Shown: positions 1 through 11,691 of the stretch, one piece after another | Numbering within the stretch: the first letter of the stretch is position 1 | Layout: the number at the start of each line of letters is the position of its first letter | Source of the DNA: Trichinella spiralis | Lineage: Eukaryota | Direction of reading: 5' to 3' | Length of the DNA stretch: 64,000 nucleotides | Assembly: GCF_000181795.1 (NCBI RefSeq) | Contig: NW_003526941.1 | Span: 9,568,353 to 9,632,352 of the forward strand | Made by a program: the position numbers and the translations under genes | Notes under the pieces: model-generated | Seen by the model: the letters and a program-made list of their open reading frames with translations, nothing else | Databases searched by the model: none | What the model was told of the DNA's origin: nothing

Positions 1-1403
1 CTCGCTGTCTCTTGGTACTTTTCTGCTCAATTCTACCGTATCGGCAATTAAACATTTTGTAACCGCTTCAATTACTTCTTCACTCAACAAAAAACCAGGC
101 AACCTAAAGCAATTAAAAATAATACTAAGCAAAGCATAAAATAATACGCAATCGGCTCAATCAACGAAAGAAATGTTAATTTATATCCATATTTCTATCA
201 TAAATAAATAAATATACCTTTTATTATCGCTTTTTTCATCGGTTTCTTCAGATCCGGATGAAAGTGAATCATTCGGATATTCACAAATTTGATTAGAACA
301 AGAATTACTAGTCGGTGTTGCATTAGACGATACCAAAGACTGTAAATGACCACGATTTCGATGATTACGATCCGCTTCCGTATTGCGACAGCCAACACAT
401 TTACAACGTACAGTGCATGAAACTCTGGCCTGAAAAATGAAACGCTAGCGCAATCACAAGTTCATTTCTTATCTGGTTATAATTATGATAATCATCATCC
501 ACGCACTTCATAACATTCACAATAATTTTTCAAACAGCTTGACTTTTTACAATTGCATCCCTTGTTGTGCAACCGTTCAGTGTCAGCTCGTCCTTTGCCT
601 GAAAAATACAAATAACAACCTCAATAAAGTTTCAATAATGCCCATCTGCTCATCATAATAAATATTTAAAAAATATAAACAATTATTAAACAAGCAAGTA
701 ATGATGTATAAAAAGATAAAGTTGAACAAAGATGTTTATCATCAAAGTAAACGTTTCAAATAGAAACAACTAAAATTATTTATTTTTACGTTGTTACCAT
801 AATTTCACTTGTTTTATTACCTGAAAATTTATAAATAAATAGAAAGAACAAGAAAAATTCTTTCGAAAGCAAATAAATAATTATATAAAGTAATTAAGAT
901 AAGAAGTGGCGATCATTTGCGTTAAATAAAATTATTTACAGATCACGAAATATCGCATATATTTATAAAATATTAATTAACAATAATGTGCAATGGCTTA
1001 ATACTGTCTACAGTAAAACAGATCAACCTTGACTATCAACACAACAGTATCCATACATTCAATCTAGTACTGATAGACGACCTTCATTAGAAATCGACCT
1101 GAACAATGCGCTGTTCTTACAAGCAAAGCAAAAACTCACTCTGGAGGTGTTATCAAAATCATTCTATAAACGGACAATCAAGGCTGTTCATTTTATAATA
1201 ATTTTCAAATAATAATTAAACAAGTCTAATGAAAATGCGTTGATTAATGGTCGTAGCTCATTGCTGCTTCTGCGATGTAAATCACCTCCAACAATGTTAC
1301 TCATACAATTATGCATAAAAATAAATAATTATTATCTCAACAGAGTCAATTAACATTAATCGACGTTAAAATAAAACGAAATTGAAAAAAGTTTTGATTA
1401 TAC

Positions 1404-1443
<40 letters not shown>

Positions 1444-2140
1444 GCAAAGTACACTTTCCATGTTCATTAACAACACTGATTAGTAATAACGTTCAGAAAA
1501 TAACTTTTCATTGAAATAAATAAATAATTACCTATTTTTGGCTGAAAAGCCATCGGATTGCGCTCTAAACATGATTTAATTGCTCGACTCCTATCCAATT
1601 CATTCGTCAAATTATTAAGGCAGTTCGTGCAATGACAATTGCTGCAGAATTCACCATTCGCAAAACAATCACAATAACTAAATATAATATAAAATTTAAA
1701 TGTGAAATCTTCAACTGAAACAAAACAAAACAAAAATCAACGCTTACAGTTTTAAGCACTGTGATTTGGTGCAGTTGCACGGACGCCGATTATTAATCAC
1801 CTGGCGTCTAAATTGAAAACAGTAGTTAGGAAAAAATTTAAATTTCAAAGTACGAAAAAAGCATAAATCAAGCAGAAAATACCTTTTCAGAACAGGAGCT
1901 TCAGGAGTCGACTCGGTAGCTGGAAATGCAGCTTTGGTTTCATTCGAACCCTAAAGCAACAAACCCTATTATTAATAAATAAAACATGAATAATACAACA
2001 ATCAAAACAGTTCAAAGTGTACATTCACTTCACTAACTACGGCTGGACTGACGCTGGAGGCGACCGGTGACTTTGTAGTAGATGGAGAATTGATAGCGAC
2101 TATATCTTTACTCTGAAGCTGAACAATGAAAAGAGTAGAA
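1..2140 (-). other. lin-54: Partial near-identical duplicate of lin-54 (exons 2-8; cut by the window start and by the N-gap at 2141)
   Basis: Matches 24696-~26820 almost base for base. Exons at 2099-2023, 1950-1883, 1807-1748, 1677-1532, 598-507, 429-218 and 103-1 encode both CXC domains. It differs by scattered SNPs and TA-repeat length. Could be a paralog or an unmerged haplotype. Confidence 0.85.
1403..1443. repeat. (TA)n microsatellite in lin-54 intron (duplicate copy)
   Basis: Directly visible; a shorter version lies at ~26096-26123. Confidence 0.9.
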
Positions 2141-3160
2141 NNNNNNNNNNTTTGCGAAAAAATAAGTTTCAATCATGAACACTGAAAGAGCATGAACATC
2201 AACAATGAGAAGACAGCGCATTGAGTAGTAAGTGGCAGTTTTTTCACTTTTATGTCGTAATCACTTAACAATGCAATTGAATATCGATATTTAGCATAAT
2301 TTCTTATTATATTCTCTATGAACAATTCTCAACATAAGATGATAGTTGATTACATGAACGTCAAATTTCCATACAATTAAGATTGATTAAATAATACCAT
2401 ATAGGTATTGTTTATCTATTATTAAAATATGGTCGTTTGAAGATCATCTTCACGATACCTAACAGGCACATTTAATTGACTAAACAAGCTACTGCTTGCA
2501 AGCAGCTCACTTAAAATCAGCTTCATTTGAACTACTTGCTTTTCTGAATTAAGAAAATTTTCAGACATACATAGGTGCGTTTTGTCAAAGTCAACTTTTT
2601 AGTTATCGTGTTTTCTGCCAGATAGTTTATATTTTAATTAATTTTTCAAAATTAAGGACATTTTTGAATTTTCAAATAGTCCTTACTGGTTGAATTGTTG
2701 GACAGTGCATTTCTTCTGTTCATACTGTATCCCGGCATAGGTTAGAATTTATCAATGCGTGATGCACAACTTCTAGTACTTCAACCCAGCATGTGCATTA
2801 TATTAATTAATCAATTCATTATGCTTGTGTTTTAAGCAAATGTTATGTTTTGCCATTCTTCTGTTTTAGGCATTCATTTTTCTTCTTTTCAAAGTGGTTG
2901 ATCAAAGTCTGATTGAAATGTTCACTAAACAATCAGTTCCTTTAAATAAATGAATGAATTTTGCTGAATATTGCGACATATTATTATCGTGCCAGTGCAG
3001 CCCCATTTACGTAAGACACTATTTTATACTTCTTTAATTTACGTCACAATATTATTTGTGATGGATAGTGGCTTTGATCTGTAACGTATTCAGGATTTTG
3101 TTGTTGTTCAGCAATTATTATAATCTTTGGTGTTGGCTCATTAGATTGTTATACGTTTTC

Positions 3161-6100
3161 AAGGCATACATGCATTTCTAGGTCAGCAGAATAACTTTAT
3201 GCTAATGTGATGGTAAACACTGCCGTTGGCATTCTGCTACGTGCACTTTGTGCTATTCAAATGCGGTAGCAGTGTTCCTTATATAAATTTCTGTTTATTG
3301 AGAGAACTGCACTATAGTATAAATGTTCGCTGCTGAAGGGCGGTCTATTTACTTACTGCATTGCGTTATTTGGTCATTTCGATGCTTCACTGCAACAATT
3401 ACGTTGTGATTGTTCGACTAAAAATATGAAGAAACCACGAACATCAGTTACAAAATGTATGACTCTACGTCTGCTTTATACGTTATCCCTGACAGGTCTG
3501 CTGACAGGTATGAATTTTCATATATTGGCTATTTTTCATACAATGTTTTCTTTCTTTCTCTTGGCACACTGCACTAAACATGCGCGCTTTTCAAGCTTTT
3601 CGTAGTTGTTTGATTTTAGTCTTTTTGAATGGAAACTAGCGCGTTGTTCTTCAGTAATGATGTTCAATTAATATTCGAGACTTTATTACGGCCAAGCCAT
3701 TATATAATAGTAATTATGGTATATTTTGCTATAATTTTCAATAGTCCTTACAAATCCATTTGTAAAGTAGTACGCTGACATAGCAGTTGAACCCCTCCCG
3801 CATTATCTGTACTGTCCACTGTAATTTTTATTGCTAAGGTAACATACTTGCCCAATTTTTTAAGGGAAATGTCGTGTGCAGTCGCACAATCGCACCCCTA
3901 AATGCTTGCCACTGCTCAAATCGTGAAAAAGATTGTTTCAGCATGACATAGGAAAGCTGCTAATAGCTAGAGAACACACTTTTATACTACCACCTTTGAT
4001 ACTTTCAGAATGGCAGTAACGTTCCCTTCATTTTTGAAATGACTCCTTAAAGTTTCTATCATGTCATTGTACCGCCAATAGTACTGACTTATGCAGATGC
4101 ACCTATTTTAATGTCATTGAGAAAATAACTCAATGCCAATCAGTGTTATCAGTATTGATAAATGATGCAACCCCTGAATATTATACGTGAAGATTGAGTG
4201 GAAGAACGCATATGACAACTTCCACCCTCTTCCATCCTTCAACTTGCTCCCTCATTCCTTCCTTGCTATGCTGTCCCGCCCTTCTTTCTTTTCGAATGAT
4301 CTCCNNNNNNNNNNNNNNNNNNNNNNNNNNNNNNNNNNNNNNNNNNNNNNNNNNNNNNNNNNNNNNNNNNNNNNNNNNNNNNNNNNNNNNNNNNNNNNNN
4401 NNNNNNNNNNNNNNNNNNNNNNNNNNNNNNNNNNNNNNNNNNNNNNNNNNNNNNNNNNNNNNNNNNNNNNNNNNNNNNNNNNNNNNNNNNNNNNNNNNNN
4501 NNNNNNNNNNNNNNNNNNNNNNNNNNNNNNNNNNNNNNNNNNNNNNNNNNNNNNNNNNNNNNNNNNNNNNNNNNNNNNNNNNNNNNNNNNNNNNNNNNNN
4601 NNNNNNNNNNNNNNNNNNNNNNNNNNNNNNNNNNNNNNNNNNNNNNNNNNNNNNNNNNNNNNNNNNNNNNNNNNNNNNNNNNNNNNNNNNNNNNNNNNNN
4701 NNNNNNNNNNNNNNNNTCATAAATTGCTGTCGACTAGGCAACATAACCAAATCCAGGCTACTCCTGATTCTTTCTTTATCTTTCATGAAGTGCAATACAG
4801 AAATGTCACCCGGCATAAGGTTTCTTGAATTCATCGCAAATCGTTGAGTTACTTAATTTCTGCAGGTAGGTTTAATCTCACATTGTCTACGCTGCGCACT
4901 TGTTAAATTTCTGTGCTGAGATAAAATTGTATATTATGAAATTTCTGTCGCAGTTATCATCATAAAATTTCATGGCAACTGTTTAATTTTCCATAAATCT
5001 GAAAACGTATTTTATTTTCGAAACTATTTTCAGTGGAAGCCATTTTTTATTATTCGTATAATTTTGATTAGATGAAAAACATTGATAAAATATAAATTAT
5101 TGAATCACCTTGTACTTTCAAGCAATTAAATTACACAGCATGCATAAATACGCAGTGATAGCATTTCCGTTTATTTTTAGCAATTTGCGATGCTTCAGGT
5201 TAATAATATTTCCTTTTAGGTAATTTTAGGGAAAAATATTTGCATGACAATGCCATATTACGTACTAATAGGAAGTGTGTAAATAAAAACGTAATAAATT
5301 TCATCGTCTCGTTTCATAACGTTGCTCATAATGTTTATTTTACTGCGCTATTACTGATGGAAAATTCGGTTGTTCTTCCTGAGGCAAAGTGAATAGTCAT
5401 TTGCATAATTTACTTAGTATTATACATCTAATCAGAGAACTTCGATTACATTAGGTTATTCAGTTCACTGCAATGCTGTCAATCTAGCACGTGGTCAACT
5501 ATAATTCCGCTCTTCAACACCATCCATGAATAACTGGTAAGTTGGATTTGATATTTTGGTGGTGGTATGCTATGCATGTTACTTTGCATATATGGTGATT
5601 GGAATCTGGCGGGTGTTTTTCTAGTCTTATTATTGCTAAGTTTTATATACATCAGATGCTGAAGACGAAGAAGTATCTATTTCTCTTTTTTATTTATAGA
5701 TGACTGCATTAATATAATTCACTTTTGGAATTTACATTATTTTATTTTCATATGAATGAATATAAAAAAACCTATCATGAGAAGATGATGCCACTATGCA
5801 TCATAATTATTTTCATCTGCTGTTGATTTGCAATCTTATTTATTCCCGTGAAATTTCAATAAAAATGATGGCCAACAAGCAGCTGCGCAAAATGATTATT
5901 TGCGAGATATTTAGATTGTAAGTTAGCAACGCCATCAGCGGCACATCTGTTATTGTATTCGTACGTGCAACGTAAAGTAAGTAATATTGTAGATTGGTTG
6001 CCTTTGATTTTAGTAAATTTGAAATTTAAATTTTACATTAGAAATATAGCTTTTTAGATGTACAAGATAATACAACGCAATATCTGGAAAGAATGTGGGT

Positions 6101-6739
6101 AAAAAATATTTTGTTTATATGACACTAATTACTTATTAAATAATTTCAGCTTTCTTTATTTTTTGCTGAATTGTCTTCATTGGTATATCATCAAGGAGGT
6201 AATGCAACTGTATTTCTGTTCTGTATATTATGTTGCGAGCGCTTTATATGAACTCAGGATGCGGTTGAAAAGATACTTATGAGAAACAGCCATATTATAA
6301 AAAATGATTGAAACCGAATAACAGTGCATCACGATGATATTTGAATTTAATTCATTTTGTAATCCAATGTTTTATTTCGATGTGTTATGTAGTATCTATT
6401 TTTTAGTTTGACTATTGCTCTGTTCATGTTTCTACTGTGATCAGTCATGTGTCTCAACAGTTCCGCTTTCTGGTTTTCTTCATCGTCACAATAAGAATGA
6501 ATTTTATGCACTTTGTTGTAGCAATGGGTTGTGTCAGTGCAGTGGAACTATTTCTATGAACTTGAATATCTTTCTCTAATGGTAGTTCAGGTTTCCCTGA
6601 ATGGATTGAGAAGATGTAGAAAAATCTGTAAGTATTGAGTATCTATAATCTGTTACTATAATTAATGTCTTCTAATTCTACTTTTATCTGATCTTGTATG
6701 CTTCTTGTTATCGAATTAGTGTGTGTCAACATAATGAAA
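3161..6739 (+). repeat. Left arm (copy A) of a long inverted repeat
   Basis: Reverse complement of 13231-16528: aaggcatacatgcatttctaggtcagca at 3161 pairs with 16528, and 6680-6739 pairs with 13231-13290. It may extend left to 2151, but its mate ends in a gap. Confidence 0.92.
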
Positions 6740-6749
6740 NNNNNNNNNN

Positions 6750-8640
6750 CTGTAATTTTTATTGCTAAGGTAACATACTTGCCCAATTTTTTAAGGGAAA
6801 TGTCGTGTGCAGTCGCACAATCGCACCCCTAAATGCTTGCCACTGCTCAAATCGTGAAAAAGATTGTTTCAGCATGACATAGGAAAGCTGCTAATAGCTA
6901 GAGAACACACTTTTATACTACCACCTTTGATACTTTCAGAATGGCAGTAACGTTCCCTTCATTTTTGAAATGACTCCTTAAAGTTTCTATCATGTCATTG
7001 TACCGCCAATAGTACTGACTTATGCAGATGCACCTATTTTAATGTCATTGAGAAAATAACTCAATGCCAATCAGTGTTATCAGTATTGATAAATGATGCA
7101 ACCCCTGAATATTATACGTGAAGATTGAGTGGAAGATCGCATATGACAACTTCCACCTCCTCCATCCTTCAACTTCTCCCTCATTCCTTCCTGCTATGCT
7201 GTCCCGCCCTTCTTTCCTTTCTAATGATCTCCATCATTGAGCTCGTAATAATACTAAGCTGAACAGAGATCGCATTCAACTGAAAATGCTGCCCATCCCC
7301 TATTGCCTATGCCTGATTCCCTATGCCTATCCCCATATGCTCCACGCCCCTGCTCATCATAAAATTTCATGACAACTGTTTAATTTTCCATAAAACTGAA
7401 AACGTATTTTATTTTCGAAACTATTTTCTGCGGAAGCTATTTTTTATTATCCATATAATTTTGATAAGAAGAAATGCATTGATAAAATATAAATTATTGA
7501 ATCACCTTGTACTTTCAAGCAACCAAATTACACAACATGCATAAATACGCAGTGATAGCATTTCCGTTTATTTTTAGTAATTTGCGATGCTTCAGGTTAA
7601 TAATATTTCCTTTTAGGTAATTTTAGGGAAAAATATTTGCATAACAATGCCATATTACGTACTAATGGGAAATGTGTAAATAGAAACGTAATAAATTTCA
7701 TCGCCTCGTTTCATAATGTTGCTCATATTGTTCATTTTAGTGCGCTATTACTGAAGGAGAATTGAGTTGCTCTTCGTGAAGCAAAATAAATAGTCATTTG
7801 CATAATTTACTTATTATACAATTCACCGAGCACATCGATTTTATTAGGTTATGCAGTTCACTGCAATGCTATCAAACTAGCACGTGGTCAACTATAATTC
7901 CGCTCTTCAACACCATCCATGAATAACTGGTAAGTTGGATTTGATATTTTGGTGGTGGCATGCTATGCATGTTACTTTACTTATATGGTGAATGGAAACT
8001 GACGGGTTTCTTTTCTATTGTTGTTATTGCTAACTTTCAGGTACATCACATGCTGAAGAAGAAGAAATTGATATTTTTTGTTTTTTATTTTAAGATGTAA
8101 TTTACTTTCAGAATGGACATTTTTTTATATTCATATCAATGAATATGAATCTATCAGATTCAATAAACTAACTGTATATGGTAACTATGCATCATTATAA
8201 TTTTTCACTCCTGTTTGTTTGTAATTATGTTTATTTCCGTGTAGGTTAGCACCACCATCAGCACCAATGTCTGTATTTTCTTTGTTCTTTGTTTTTTATT
8301 TTGTGATATAAATTTCAGAATTGACATTATTTTATGTGGTGAATGTGAAACAACCAGATTCTGAAGACTAACTAAATATAGTAACTATACTAACTATGTA
8401 ACTATGTATGGTAAATGTAACTTTAGATGTAGGTGTATATTTACTACAATGCATTATCTGGAAAGATTGAAGACGAAAAGTATTCTGTTTATATTTTAAT
8501 TTTATTTTAATTTTATTCTGTTTATATTCTGTTTTCAAAAATATTCTGTTTTCAGGAATTTCGTAATCTAATGTTTTATTTCTTTGTGTTATTTATTACT
8601 TTTTTTAGTTTAACAATCGCTCTGTATCTACCATTTTTAC
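6750..8640 (+). repeat. Diverged, internally deleted direct copy (copy B) of the arm
   Basis: 6750-7232 matches 3819-4304. ~7355-8210 matches ~4955-5810. Degenerate fragments of 5920-6430 follow to ~8640. Confidence 0.88.
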
Positions 8641-8653
8641 TTATGTGCCTTAT

Positions 8654-9271
8654 GGTTAATAATATTTCCTTTGAGGTAATTTTAGGAAAAAAATTTGCAT
8701 AACAATGCCATATTACGTAGTAATATGAAGTGTGCAAATGGAAACGTAATAAATTTCATCGTCTCGTTTCATAATGTTGTTCATAATGTTTATTTTACTG
8801 CGCTATTACTGATGGAAAATTAGGTTGTTCTTCCTGAGGCAAAGTAAATAGTCATTTGCATAATTTACTTAGTATTATGCATCTAATCAGAGAACTTCGA
8901 TTACATTAGGTTATTCAGTTCACTGCAATGCTGTCAATCTAGCACGTCGTCAACTATAATTCCGCTCTTCAACACCCACCATCCATGAATAACTGGTAAG
9001 TTGGATTTGATATTTTGGTGGTGGTATGCTATGCATGTTACTTTACATATATGGTGAATGAAAACTAGTGGGTGTCTTTCTAGTGTTATTATTGCTGAGT
9101 TTTAGATACATCAGATGCTGAAGACGAAGAAGTATCTATTTCTGTTTTTTATTTATAGATGACTGCATTAATATAATTCACTTTTAGAATTTACATTATT
9201 TTATATTCATATCAATGAATATGAATCAACCAAATTCTGAAAACTAACTGAATATGGTAACTATGCATCAT
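8654..9271 (+). repeat. Third direct partial copy (copy C) of the arm
   Basis: Matches 5198-~5804, from ggttaataatatttcc to actatgcatcat. Confidence 0.88.
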
Positions 9272-9324
9272 GATGAATATGCCTTGCTTTTTACTTGAAT
9301 TGATGAATTTATTATTTGAATGAT

Positions 9325-10077
9325 AATTAGTGAGTAGCTTTTTTTATAATAGCTGTGGGTTACGTCATCCCATGAAGCTTGTACCGTTGGCAACCCTTGT
9401 TCACATGGACATAAAGGCGTTTCCTAGCCATCCCAGTGTGCCTTTGATTATCCCAAATAGTATCGTTTATCAGTAAGTATTGAATTTGATTAATTAGATA
9501 GTTGGAAGATGCGAATGTTACATGGATTGAATTAGATAACATCTATAATGACAGATAACATCATTAGCTGAACTGTTTTCAAGTTACTTTCGCTCTGGAC
9601 ACCGTGCTTAGTCATGTTCACATCAGTTTGTTCTAGATGTGGCATCACAAACATCCGTAAGTATTTAACTTGCTCCTGATTGCAGTTGGATACGTAAAGT
9701 GTGCACATTTTATCCATGACAGCATTACATTAACATCAAGCGAATTCGATGTTTCTTCTGATGGCCCTCTGAGTTGAAGTTGACGCAGTGACGTTCATCA
9801 TTGGTACTAGTAGATTTCACATATCATAAGAGTAAGAAAGAAATAAATGATTGTAATTCTAGCAGATTACGTTGAGACAGTCGAGTAGCGCTGGCGCCAG
9901 TATAGATATTTCGTGAGTGCGTTTCCAATGTGATATGACAAAAATTAGTAAGTAGTTTTTGTTTATAATAGCTGTGGATTACGTCATCCCATGAATCTTG
10001 TACCGTTTGCAACCCGTGTTCACATGGACGTAAAGGCGCTTCCTAGCCGTCCCAGTGTGCCTTTGCTTATCACAAAT
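9325..10077 (+). repeat. Pair of ~134-bp direct repeats (9325-9458 and 9944-10077)
   Basis: tataatagctgtgg...tacgtcatcccatgaa...cccagtgtgcctttg occurs twice, 619 nt apart, at roughly 90% identity by eye. Confidence 0.85.
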
Positions 10078-10507
10078 TCACAAAGAAGGAATTCGATATT
10101 GTTTATGACAGCAATGAAATACGTTAAATAAATAGAACAGGTATGTCGCTGTACATCCCAGCATTTTGTTCTTGATAGCAATTTATGAATTTTTTAGTCG
10201 CAGCCGATGGCAATCTGCGTTTCCTACGGTTCTGTTTTTCCTTGTCACGCAAGGTAAGGAAGAATTGCATTATTTTTTTAGGAGAATTGAAAACATTAGT
10301 TTTAGTGCGTAACTGTGAAGACGAGAGCCGCATCTTGCATGATCTCCATCGAATAACGTTATGCTGCTACTGTTCGTCTTCAATTACTTTCTATAATATG
10401 GCTGTAATATGGTATATAACTATATTCTACTATGAATTTTAGAATCATGGCATGTTTATATTAAATTCTTCATTAAGAGCAGTACATTAGCACTGGTACG
10501 TAGCATC

Positions 10508-10745
10508 AAAGTAAGTGGATAAAGTAATGCAGGTAAGTAGAATCTAAGCGGATGTTTTAAAGTGATTGCGTACGAGTAAATGCAGGTAAGTACTGAAGGT
10601 AAGTACGATAACGTAGGGTGCAGGTGAGTAAAATGAAAAGGTAAGTTTTGCAGGTAAGTATTGAAGTGCGATAGCGTACAGGTAAATGTAAGTATGAGGC
10701 GTAACTCTAAGCTGAGTGGAGTACGGGAAACCGCAGTTAAGTAGT
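10508..10745 (+). repeat. Degenerate array of 5' splice-site consensus motifs (MAG|GTRAGT)
   Basis: GT donors at 10511, 10533, 10586, 10599, 10624, 10641, 10654, 10682 and 10688; six are perfect MAG|GTRAGT. Confidence 0.85.
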
Positions 10746-10780
10746 GGGGTAATTCTAAAACATGCGAGTATCGAATAAAT

Positions 10781-11650
10781 TATGCAAATTTTCAAAAAAA
10801 TACCTGAGGGAATGCCCTGGGCGTCGCCTGAAAGCAAATAAAAATTTGCATATCCCCCTAAAGGCAAATATTGTGCAATAAAATGCTTTCGGCGTAGCCT
10901 GCGGGAATATGCAAATTTTTATTTGCCCTGGGGCATAGCCTGAGGCGACGCCTGCGGCTAAATTTCAAAAAATTTCAAAAATTTCAAAAAATTGCCTGAG
11001 GCATAGCCCCAGGCGTAGCCTGAGGGCAAATAAAATTTGCATATTACCCTGAGGCGATTAAAAATTTGCATAAAAAACCCCTTAGGTTAAATATTGTGCT
11101 ATAAATTGCCTGGGGGATAGCCTTAAGGGCATATGCAATTTTTTATTTTGCTCTGGAGCATACTCTGAGNNNNNNNNNNNNNNNNNNNNNNNNNNNNNNN
11201 NNNNNNNNNNNNNNNNNNNNNNNNNNNNNNNNNNNNNNNNNNNNNNNNNNNNNNNNNNNNNNNNNNNNNNNNNNNNNNNNNNNNNNNGCTAAATTTCAAA
11301 AATTGCTAAAATTTCAAAAATTGCCTGAGCATAGCCCCAGGCGTAGCTGAGGGGCAAATAAAATTTGCATATTACCCTGAGGCGATAAAAATTTGCATAA
11401 AAAACCCCTTAGGTAAATATTGTGCTATAAATTGCCTGGGGGATAGCCTTAGGGCATATGCAAATTTTTATTTGCCCTGGGGCATAGCCTGAGGGTAAAG
11501 CCTGGGGCTATATTTTAAAAAATTCGAAATTTTCAGAATTTTGCCCGAGGCATAGCCTAAGGCGTAGCCTTAAGGCAAATAAAAATTTGCATATTACCCA
11601 TAGGCTATTAAAAATTTGCATATCTTAGTAAATAAATCGCCTCAGGTTTT
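10781..11650. repeat. GC-rich, internally palindromic satellite (~190-230-bp unit) rich in ATTTGCAT and GCCN3-4GGC motifs; interrupted by N-gap 11170-11287
   Basis: Blocks gcctgaggcatagccccaggcgtagcc, gcaaataaaaatttgcatat and the reverse complement atatgcaaatttttatttgc recur. 10957-11169 is repeated at 11288-~11495. Confidence 0.9.
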
Positions 11651-11691
11651 TTAAAATTTGTAATTTCAATATTCTCAAGTACATTCACCAT

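Noticed and set aside
4181..4847. ORFs of ~215 aa on both strands
   Set aside because: Artefacts of the 412-N gap; the inverted copy suggests only ~125 nt are actually missing.
10544..10867. 107-aa minus-strand ORF
   Set aside because: Translation of the donor array and satellite edge; no recognisable protein features.
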